Below are positions 1 through 10,729 of a stretch of 64,000 nucleotides of DNA, one piece after another. The notes below the pieces were generated by a model. It searched no databases. It was not told the DNA's origin and saw nothing but the letters and a program-made list of their open reading frames with translations. Source of the stretch: Podarcis melisellensis (Eukaryota); the NCBI GenBank assembly GCA_964234715.1, contig OZ174282.1; one strand, 5' to 3'. The stretch's first letter is position 1, and each line of letters starts with the position of its first letter. The position numbers were made by a program, and so were the translations under genes.

Positions 1-38
<38 letters not shown>

Positions 39-46
39 AACACACA
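1..46. repeat. (CT)n(CA)n microsatellite
   Basis: Read directly. Others: (GT)n 1054-1076, (ATAA)n ~7802-7821, (CCAT)n ~13235-13260, (CA)n ~30078-30099 and ~63834-63858. Confidence 0.95.
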
Positions 47-479
47 TGTGGCAGATGAATCCTCTTCTATCATCATGGGAACTTCTTTTTGCCAAGGACT
101 GTTTCTGGGCCAGAGGTGGCTTTTGGGGTTGGATGAAGAATTTCCCCTTCTTCAGGCACCCCAGATGTTCTTCCATAATTCTGCCAGTATCCAAGCAATT
201 AACCCTCTTCAACCCACACACCCCTTTAGGGTAACAGATTTGGGAGGTGGAGTTTGGCCTTCTCTGGCCAGAGCTGCACTCCCCTTACAGGGTTAGGTTT
301 GAAGGATATGGGGGGGGGAGGCATGTCCTGTTAAATCCAGCCCCGTCCTTAGAACCCCAAGCAATTTTCACAGCTTGAAGCCCCTTTCACCAGTGATGGC
401 TAGAGTGCCAGCTTGATGCCCCTCTTGGAGAGAGAATGTGCTGTGCTCAGGTACCACATTGTTTGGCCATGTGCCCTTG

Positions 480-780
480 AAGAAGACTCAGAAACTTTGA
501 CTAGTAAAGAACATGGCAACAGGGACCAGGTATATGGAAGACACCTGGCCAGTCTTAAAAGCATCTGCACTGGGCACAGCTCAAGGTGTTAGTTCTTACC
601 TTCAAAGCCCTAAACAGCTTAGGGTCCTGTGCCCAGTGCAGATGCTTTTCCAAGCTCCCCCATCTTCTGAAGCAAAGTTGGTAGGTGAGGAAGGAAAGGG
701 CCGTCCAAGCAGTTGAATGCTCTCCCCAAGGAGCCTTGCCTGCTAGACACTCTGCTCTCCTTCCAGTGCCAAGTGGACCT
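480..780 (+). mobile_element. Degraded L2-type LINE fragment
   Basis: Relic coding pieces resembling the L2 RT C-terminus (QKL..., PVLK.LHW, KVLVLTFKALNSLG). Boundaries approximate. Confidence 0.55.
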
Positions 781-1225
781 TTAAGCTGATTTAAATGTGT
801 TCCAAAGCTGGTGTTTTGTAGGCGTGCTTTTCACGACTATTCCACTACTGCTATTTTAATTAATTAATGCTGTTATTTGCATTTTTTAAAGAGCAAGTAG
901 CTCTAAAAGCCTTTGGACCAAAGAGCTAAATGTGCACTTTTGTAATGAAAACAATCAAGCAGGTTGTCCTTGTACCAGCTGTCTTTGCGAGCCCTGGGCA
1001 GCTGAACACTGAGCCTGCCGTAGAATTATGGCCTTGGAGATATACGGTATAAAGTGTGTGTGTGTGTGTGTGTGTGTTACCATATATATATGGTATCACA
1101 TATGTCACATATCACATATGTTAGGTTCTTGTGAAGAGCATCTGCTTCCCACAGCACACCCAGCCACCCTCCTTGGAGTATCTCCAGACCAGATCCTGCA
1201 AAGCATGCTCATGTCAGAGCACCTA

Positions 1226-1399
<174 letters not shown>

Positions 1400-3845
1400 C
1401 TATTACTTATTTCTATCATTTTCCAGAGCATGAAGAACTTTGTGACTCTCACTTTGTCTATGACTCCAACAGCCCTGTCAAGTAGGCACAGTGGCTTACT
1501 CAAGCTGCCCTATGAGCAAAGGCACAGGACCCCCTCCTCTGCACCCACTGGCTCCAACTGTATAGCAATACTCCAGCCAGATCCAAGGGTGCTGTCAAGG
1601 TTTGGGGGCCCCCAACAACTTCTGCAGGACCTACAGCTTCCAAAAGGCATCAGCAGGCACACATAACAGCCCATCTTTGTTTTGCTTTGGCCAATCACAG
1701 CAAGATTAAGGAGCAATCCCTGATTGGGCAATGCTTTCACCAAGAACAGTCTGCTATTTAAACAACAACAACAACTCATAAGGGCTAGAAACTTTATTTT
1801 TTAAAAAAACAAAACAGGATATATGAGACCACATTACTGTGGAGATGCAGAATGCACCTCTTAAATATCCCCAACCAAACTCCAGAAGGCTCTGCAGAGG
1901 ATCATAAATGGCCACCAATCTGCAAGAAGGAATGCCTTCCACTCCAGAGGGCAGGGCACTGCCATGCCATAAAGCCAAGGAAGGTGGCTGCCCAGGCAAT
2001 AGGCTCGCCATCCTCCTGGGCTACCTCTGCTCTGAATGGAGACAAGGCTTGCTGGTAGCAAAACAGCAGTACTGAGCTCACCTTGCCGTCCAAGCGAGAC
2101 GCCCTGCCTTACGTAAAGAACCACAGCCCGCGCCTGCTGCAAGGGAGCATAATGCACCTCTTTGTATGCACGAGACGAGGCGCGAACTGGTGTACACGCC
2201 GCCGTGTTAATGAGAGCCGCTGTCCCCGACGCAGGAGCAACGCTGATAGGAACCAGATGCAGGTTGGGGAGGGGCGGGGGGAGAGGAGGTGTCTGTTCTG
2301 CCGTCAGCCCAGAGGGAGAGGGAGTGAGCCAGAGAGCCTGTGTGTGACAGCAGAATGCCCCTTCCCCACAAGGATCCCAGCTTTGCACAGCAGCACCCCT
2401 TCTGGTCCTCCTCACTGAGGGCCATGTCGTGGGTCTCCCAGGAACATGAACACCCCACCCCCACCCCACATATGGAACAGTTTAGTCCCATGGCTTTCCA
2501 CAGCCTCCTGCACTCCCCGCTCCAGCTGTATGTATGTGAGAGGCTTTTGTGCTTGCCACGTTGAGTGCAGATGTTAAGGGAGAGCAGCATAAAGGCAGCC
2601 TACAGCACCCCCGCCCCTCTGATGGGCTACCTCCCGGCAAGCCTGTTTATGCCCATGCAAATGGAGTGGCCTGAAGCAGGCGCCCAACGCAGCCAAGCAA
2701 AACACTGCCGGGCTGCCAACAGGAGGAGCTGGAAGCGGTCTGCATGCGCGCGCATTCACACCAGGGCTTGGAAGTGCCTGTGGACTTGCCCCACCAGAGG
2801 CCCTGAGATCCCTCAGCCACAGAAGCAGAGGAAACTTGGCTTGTACACAGCGCAGTCCCCACCCAACACCCACACAAGCTCCTCGCTATATAGCAGGGGA
2901 CCGTCAGCACCAGGATCCTTAAAGTCTTGGCTGTAGGCTGTGGGATGCACCCTCCATTTCAGGAGCATCTCTGCATAAAGGCGTCAGGTGCCCCCCTTGC
3001 CTCCTGGACCTCAGGCACACCGCAGTACGTGAGCAGGAAGGGAGGAGAGCTCCAGCAGGAAGAAAGAGCCTTTTGAGACGCCCTGGACTTTTCCAGCTGT
3101 CTGCAAACAGGAAGTGGCTGCGGCCTGAAAACAGTAGCGCTCACACGCCCGGCATAAAGGCGCTCTGAGCTGCTGGCCCCCCAATTACCTGCAAGTGATG
3201 CAAACACACACATGAGACTCTGAACCAAGAGGCCAGAAGGAAAACAGATGGCTCCCTTCATCGGAAATGCAAGAGTCAGGAGGTGGTGTTTGGGCATCGG
3301 AAGGCTCAACAGAAATAGCCACATTGCAGGACCAGGAAGGATGGAAGGAAGGAGAACAGGTGCAGCTGAGGAGTCACAACTGTCAAGTTCACAACTTAAT
3401 CATAACCCTAGTAATCCAGACTCTGCTCCCAGATCAGGCATCCTCAGAGCTGGACCTCAGTCACAGCCAGTCCCCTTCCTCCCTAAAACTCCAGGTCTTG
3501 CAAAAATACTGTAACATTCCTCTAAGGATGATAATACTTAGCATTCGTATTTCTTAAATGCAGAAGGAGATTCACAGACATGATCACAGTAATCACTGAA
3601 ACTGTCTTGTGAGGTAGGCCTGGGGCCCCACCCTGCTTAGAAAGAGAGAACTTTGGAAGAGACAAGAGAGCAGGAGTTCCCGGAAGGATAAACTCTACTC
3701 CCAGCGAACAGCCTCTAATTCAAAACATACTTTTTAAAGGTTTCAACTCCCTGGTGACCCATCCCAACCTCCCCCTAGTTGGCTAAGGCTGCGGGCATTC
3801 ATGACATGGCCAAGGTGCCCAAACAGAGAGCAGGACACCACTTAC

Positions 3846-4038
3846 CCAGAGGGCAGCACCTCCAGAGTCTGTGCTGCTGGCTGAGAAGGCTGGGCCTCTG
3901 AGCTGGGGGCAGATTCCCCTGCCCTTGGAGAGTCATGAGCTGTGCCAGAGCTGGAGGTCGCACCTGACATAGCCTCAGGTGGCACAGCCTGTTCATCTTC
4001 AGGGACATCGAGGGTGGAACTGGCAGGTTCACCATTCA
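3846..4038 (-). CDS. WWP2: WWP2 exon 8 (linker ending LPSG, just before WW1)
   Basis: 193 nt, VNGEPASST...TLEVLPSG, ttcag acceptor and gtaag donor. Confidence 0.92.
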
Positions 4039-4091
4039 CTGAAAGAGAGGGGAGCGATTATGGCAGAGTTGAGGGGATGCTGATGCCTCCT

Positions 4092-4840
4092 AAGAACATA
4101 GCAGGAGCCATCAGGCCAAGGGCCCATCTAGTCCAGCATCCTGTTCTCACAGTGGCCAACCAAATGCCTGTGGGAAGCCTGCAAGCAGGACCTGAGCAAA
4201 AGAGCACTCTGCCCTCCTGTGGTTTCCAGCTGCCTCTGACACTGAGGGCAGAACACAGCCATTTGGCCTAGTAGCCAACTGTAACCCTGCCCTGAATTTG
4301 TCTAATCCTCTTTTGAAGCCATCCAAGTTGGTGGCTACCACTGCCTACTGGGGAAGCAAATTCCATAGCTTAACTGCCTGCTGTGTGAAGAAGTCCTTCT
4401 TTCTGTCTGTTCTGAATATTCCACCATCCAACTTCATTAGGTAGCCTCATGTTCTTGTGTTGAGAGGGAGAAAAACCTTTCTCTATCCAATGTCTCCATG
4501 CCATGTGCAGATTTGTAAATTCCTTTTGAATCACCTTCTACTCATTTTGTCTCTAAACTAAGCAGCCCCAAATGCTGCAACCTTTCCTCACAGAGGAGTT
4601 CCTCCATCCCCTTGATCATTCTGGCTGCCCCTTTCCCAACGGTCTCTAGATCTACAATATCCTTTTGGAGGTGAAGCGTCCAGAAGTATACACAGCATTC
4701 CAAATGTGGTTGCATCATAGATTTTGATAACAGCATGGGCCGTTTTAGTATCAATTCCAGCTACCACGCACTGGGCCGACATCTTCATCAAGCTCTCCAC
4801 TAGGACCCCAAAGTCTCATTCCTGGTCTGTCGCCACCACC
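4092..4840 (-). mobile_element. CR1 LINE 3' fragment
   Basis: PHLECCVYFW...KDIVDLE...RMIKGMEEL..EERLQHLGLLSLE, and VATNLDGFKRGLDKF, plus the squamate CR1 3' tail. Confidence 0.9.
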
Positions 4841-5083
4841 CTGAAAAGGGCCCACAGTTTCCCCAATGGCAACCTCTGTATATAGAGCACAGACGGTCAA
4901 GTAAACCTGGGGAAGTGACATGGGGGAGCTAATCTTTCATCTACAGGTAGCACCTCAAAGTTACATTAATGCAGGTGGGAGAGCAATGCAGGTCCTCCAC
5001 AAGTGAGGTGGCACACAGGGCTGGCCTTACAGCTTCAGAGGAGAGACCATCACCTCCTCCTTCTCCTCTCTCTCCACTCTCAC

Positions 5084-5205
5084 CTGTGCCATTCACTGTG
5101 CCACTCTGGGTCTTGCCTGCTGGCTGCTGCTGGGCTCTGGGACTGGGGCTTTGCTCCCCGTTGGCCGTGCTCTGCCTGGCCCCTCCAGCCACATGTCTGT
5201 GTGCC
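5084..5205 (-). CDS. WWP2: WWP2 exon 7
   Basis: 122 nt, AHRHVAGGARQSTANGEQSPSPRAQQQ...NGT; phases match neighbouring exons. Confidence 0.92.
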
Positions 5206-5702
5206 CTGCAGAAGAAACAGTCGAGAGGTGAGGGGAGTGTCTCCTGAGTTTCCACAGATCATTATATTCCTTGTAGGCAGGAGGGTGGAAGGCTGATGGC
5301 TGGGCCTGTTCTCCATGACATTGCATACCTCATCCTGCACCAAAATAGCACAGATCAGTCATGCAAACTGAGTCCATGGACATGTAGTTGCAAGATCATG
5401 GCAATTGCGGTTACATAATAGTCACAACTGCAAGTGGAATGGAGGGAAGAGGGTAAGCAAACATTACAGGGACCTGACACCCCCCCCCCCAGGTTTTTGT
5501 GGTTTCATCAGGTTTCTGTCAACAGACATAAGGACTAGAAACAAGCCAGGAGGAAAACAGAAGACAAGAGGAGTTTGCGCTGGTTTGAGACATTCCACAT
5601 CTCTGCACACAGCAGGAGTGTGTGGAAGTCATACTATGTTATCCTCACAACAAACCTGTGAGGTAGGTGAGGCTGAGAAAGAGAATGACTGGCCCAAGTT
5701 TG

Positions 5703-5895
5703 TAAGAATGTAAGAATGCTTACATTTCTAAGAATGTAAGTAGAACCCTGCTGGATGAGGTCAATGACCCGTCTAGTACAGCATCCTGTTCTAACAGCGA
5801 CCAACCAGATGCCTCTTATGGGAAGACTGCAAGCTGGATCCAAGTACAACAGTCACACTCAGCCCACCTGCGATTCCCAGCAATTAGTATTCGGC
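5703..5895 (-). mobile_element. CR1 3'-tail fragment
   Basis: Shares ctagt.cagcatcctgttct...ccaaccagatgcc with the 4092 copy. Confidence 0.75.
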
Positions 5896-8800
5896 GGAGG
5901 TGGGTCGTTCTGGGGGCTCCACGGCTGGATGGAATCTGAGCCTGGGCCTCTCCAATCCGAGCCTGACACCCTCTAGCTACTATAATACTACCTCCACCTC
6001 AGCTGGAAACTCTCCATGTGTCTGTTTTCATAGTGCTCTTATACAATGTTCAAAATGTGGAGAGCAAGTTTATTGGACCTGCGTTAAGCTTCCATGTACA
6101 TGAATTTTCTTTTCCTTTTTAAAGAAATACATTAAGGGTTAGGAGAACAACGCAAAACCAGGACGAAATCCTGGACAGTTTCATATTAGTGCGCGCAGAG
6201 CGAGGTGGTAAGGTTTTTGGCACAGGACTTGCGCAGACATCACTAGGAATGGCTCGCCCACCCCACCCTCTGGGGATAAACAACCTCTGGACCTCCAGGG
6301 GTGTTTTTTAGAAACCCAAATTGCCCATTTCCGCTGTGTTGCGCAGGTCGTGTAGGCCCAAATTAGCCGTCCTGCCAAGGCTGTCTTCCTACGGGGCTCC
6401 TAACTTGGCATCGCCTTTTAATAGACGTGTGGAAATAAACCAGAGGAGGTCACATGGCAGAGCTCACGGGGAACAGCAGCTGCTTAAAATAGGAGCCTGG
6501 AAAAGGGGGCAGGCAGCACCAGTGGGAGGAACAGGCTGGGGACAGCAGGCGATGGGGCAGTTTCCCCATAAGTAGAGTGAATGTAGGGGGCAGGGAGCAG
6601 GGCTGATCCTGGGTAGAGAGGGGAGGCCCGACCTGTAATAGGCCCTAATCCCCACTTCCAACACGCATGCAGAGAAAGCTCCAGAGATTCTGGCCTGGAG
6701 TCCAGAGAGTCAGGCTGTTTCAAAGTCAAGGAGGCGAGATCAAAATAAGGCCCTGCAGCAGCTGGGTCAGGTCAAACAGGGCCCATCTAATCCAGCATCC
6801 TGTTCCCACAGTGCCCAACCAGAACCACAGGATCCCCAGGATATGCGGGCTGATCAAGACACTGTCTAAGCATCTCCCTCCTGCCGGTTTCTCTCCAAGT
6901 GCAGTGGGGGGGGGGGTAGGAGCAAAGGGCATGAGGGGGAAAGGAAACCAGCACCAAGCTGGCCTTGGTAGGAATGAGCAACCCCACTGGGAGAAGGACT
7001 CAGGGAAGCAAGGGGAAGGGGGCACAATGGGGAAGGCGACACCAAGGACAGCAGAGAGCAAGGAGAAGGTCTCCCTTCCCCCGCCCAAGGAGAAGCAGGA
7101 CAAAGACAGTGGAGGAGGGGCAGCCCATGAGGGGACCCAGCAGTGAGAGCGCCCATCTCTGCTGTGCAAATGCAGGGAAGCACTTTGCAAACAGGCACGA
7201 GTGATCGATCCTGGTCACAGGGTGGTGTTGCCAGCCCTCCTCAGCCAGGGAAGTGCTAGGCAGTCAACACAAGGCTGAGAAATTCCTCTGATCTGTGCAA
7301 AAGGTGGTGGTGGTGGTGGTAGAACAGGAGAGAGGACCACCAGCCACAAGTGTTTGTTTCTGAAAACGGAGCCCAAGGTCCCCCCTCCCATCCCCTTTTC
7401 TCCTTTCTTTAGAAACTGTTTCCCAAGACACACAGATCTGGGGCGGGGGGGGGGGGACGACACACACTCACCCCAAACATGACACCTTGGAACCTCTCTG
7501 ATCAGAGACAGCACGAAAATGAGAGAGCAGGCACCTTTGTTGTAGCCTGTTTGCGAATTGCCCTGAGATGTTCCTCGGCTGCTTATGGAAGCAAATCCCA
7601 CTCTAATCCCACCCACACCAGTTTCACCCCAAAGCAGCCATCCAGTGCAGCTCACTAGGGAATTTGGCATCCCAGCATCAAAGTTTTCCTGCAAGGGCCC
7701 AATTTTGCAGAACAATTAAGAAACAAACAGGCCAGGGACAAAAACTAAACTCCTTGTTGCCTGCCTCTGACCAGCAATGTCAGTAGTAGTAATGATGATA
7801 GATAAATAAATAAATAAATAATCTTATTTCTCCTGGAAGTAGAGGCTTAACCCTTAGAGTGGGTCATGCAGCTAGCTGCCTGGAGAGACCAGGATGCAAA
7901 TCAAGGTTGCTCCAGACGCTCTTGGCCCATCACTCAGCCATCCCTGCAAAGCGCCTTGTGATCCAAAGGTCAGCTTGAACTTTCCCTTTCAAGAGCTGCC
8001 TATTCCATGGGAGACTAAATAAGGCCTAGGAAGGCTCATGGCCCATTCATGTGTCCAACGGAGAAATCATGGGACAGACTGAGGTTTTCACTGCTCCAGA
8101 GAACTCATCCAGAATCTGTTCAGCACCCTGATTAGATCCAACAGCTGCACAGAGCCAGGACTGAAAGAATTTGCTGTTCCCCTCAGGGCATAAGGTTCTT
8201 TACACCGTTGCCCTTTTTAAAAAGAAGCAAGTCTCTAGACCTTATGGCATCAAGGAGAAGCCAAGAATGTTGTGAGTACTCTTGCCCTCCTATCCAGCTT
8301 GTCGGCTTCCCAGCGGGGCAGCTGGTTGGCCACTGTGGAACCCAGAATGCTGGACTAGGTGATCCACCAGCCAGGCTCTTCTGAGGATGTTCTTCTGAGC
8401 AGAACCACATGAAGGCTGCAGAAGATGCCTGTGTCTGTTTGGAAGGGCCGTTCCAGGAGCTTGGTGAGGGCCAAAAGTTCAACTCCCTGAAAGCTCTTCC
8501 CATCTGTAGAAGCCAATATGTTCTATTCAGGGGAATCAAACTTCTTTTGGTGGAGGATACGGGGGCTTCTGGGGGCCCTGCACAAACAGAGCCAGGAAGG
8601 CACAAGGAAGCAGCCAGAGGAAAAAGGAGACTGGGGAAGAGTCCTCCCTGGATATGGGGCTGAGTGCTGCAATGCAGGGAAGAATGGAACCTGGTGAAGG
8701 AAGCAGGTAGGCTGGCTGGCCACCCATCATCTCGGGAGAAGCAGTATGGTTCCCTTGCCAGTGGGGTGCTAAATTCAGCACCACAGCGGCAACAGTACAC

Positions 8801-9419
8801 AAACACGACACAGCTGTGGCCAGAGAGTGGAAGGAAGGGCCAAGCAGAGCCCCCTTGGCAAGCCCCTTGCCCTGCTTTCTGGGCAGCTGCTCAGAGCAAG
8901 CATTTTTTGCCAGGGTCAGCAGGCTCTGATTAGAAGGAGAAGGAGAACTATCAGTCTCCAGGGGACTATTCTCTAAAGCCAAAGTACCCCTCAATGATTG
9001 CCTGCACTTTCCACACACCAGATAATGGGTGGTGCTAGAGCAAGAGAGCAAGGGTACCAATTGTAGCCCACTACCAACCGTGTCCTGGAGCTGCAATTCC
9101 CCTGCTACCAAATGCTCCTCTTGCCACAGAGGGATGCAGTAGCCCTTATCTGGTCTTCCCAACTCTGACCCACATGCACATGGCCCAGCCTGACTCCTCA
9201 AAAAAGGCAGTTCCCAGTCTCCCCCTGCCCACCCAGGCCTTTCTAGCCTTTCTAGCCTCTTTCCTGCCTCTCTCCTGGCTTACCTCCCAATCTCCCTGTC
9301 CTCTTCTTTGTCTCTTTCCATCATGGCTTACCCTGCCCTGTGTGCTGACCATCAGAGGCTCCAGAGTGGCCACCTGCAGCCATCCAAAATGCCACGGCAG
9401 AGCAGAGGGGAACCCTTAC

Positions 9420-9516
9420 CTGGACCTGCCGCCAAAGCAGTTGGTGCTGGGGGCCTGGTGCCTGCTCTCTGGGGATGAGGCCAGACCACAGGGATCCCTC
9501 CCGGCTGCCTGGGACC
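9420..9516 (-). CDS. WWP2: WWP2 exon 6
   Basis: 97 nt, GSQAAGRDPCGLASSPESRHQAPSTNCFGGRSR; retains the PSTNCFGGRSR motif. Confidence 0.94.
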
Positions 9517-9996
9517 CTGAAGGAACAAGGAAGCAAAGAACTGGTCAGAATAGGACCCTGGCAGGCAGGCCAAAAGCCAAGCCCTGGCAACAGCCAGTCA
9601 GCTGTGGGGAAAGGGGAGGGATGGCTGGACAAGGATGGAGGCAGCTGCTTGTTCTAAGCCTGCCTTTGTATATATACAAGCAGCTGTAACCTGGAGCTGA
9701 GGTGGAGGGGAGGGGTGCAAACGATAGCAAATGATACAGGTTATTGTGACACTTGAAACATGGGAGTCCTCATAGAATCATAAAGATGGATGATCCCGGG
9801 GGCCACTGGATAGCTGAGCTCTCCTGCCACCTCTGAAGATTCAGGAGCTATAGCAGAGGCTGGTGGGCAACATCCACAACACAGCTTTGCCCATGTGGAC
9901 CTCCTCCATCTGCCAGTGGTGTTGTGGCATCTTTGGGTTTAATCTCTCAACTTCTCTCTCATCCCATCAAATGCAGTTCCTCTCACTTTCAGGAAA

Positions 9997-10100
9997 GGCT
10001 AGGATGGGTGAGAAGGAGCCCTGGGTCCCTTGGGGGGGCAGCAGAAATGGCTAGGATGGGTGAGGAGGAGCCCTGGGTCCCTTGGGGGGGGCAGCAGGAA
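9997..10100 (+). repeat. Tandem duplication, 2 x ~52 bp
   Basis: ggctaggatgggtgag.aggagccctgggtcccttgggggggcagcag occurs twice. Confidence 0.95.
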
Positions 10101-10591
10101 AAGACAGACCAGCACCTTGGGAAGGAAGAGAGGTGGCCTCCCCAGGATGGGAGGACCTGATTAACATTTTGCATGCCTGCCAGGTGAGGTTCACTTCCCT
10201 GGACACAAGAGCTCCTCGCCATTCTGCTCAGGACAACTCAGGCACTAAAGGTCTGAAGAGCAACATTTGCTGTGGGGCTCAGTTCAGAGTCTGGCCCCAG
10301 CCTCAGAACCTCCTCCCATTCTCTAAGCTGGGCTCAAGGACCTGAGATGCTGCTGTAAATACTGCCTCTGCACAGCTACAGAGTGATTCCCCTTTCCTGC
10401 CACCAGACCACACATAGCTGGGAGTAGAGTACAGGGGCGGTTTGGCTCAGACCCGCCCACCCCCCACCCCCGGCTTGAACCCGTCTGCCTCAGCTCCTGT
10501 CTTTCATAGGACATACCTCCATCAAAGGCCCCGCTGGCTGCCCAGGACCCTAGTGGCAGGCGGCTCCCCCACCGCACCCTGCCACACTCAC

Positions 10592-10729
10592 CCTCCGTCA
10601 CGACGGTGCCGTTAGGCAAGCTTCCCACATCAACACTGGGCCCATCCAGGAAAATGGTCAGCTCCCCACCAGAGACAAGGCAGCCTTTGTTCTCCATCTG
10701 CAGGTTCAAGGTCAGCTGCTTGTTTTCCG
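10592..10729 (-). CDS. WWP2: WWP2 exon 5
   Basis: 138 nt, ENKQLTLNLQMENKGCLVSGGELTIFLDGPSVDVGSLPNG... Confidence 0.96.

Noticed and set aside
8183-9201. 207-aa and 221-aa minus-strand ORFs in WWP2 intron 6
   Set aside because: No similarity to WWP2 or known domains, and exons 6 and 7 join in phase without them.
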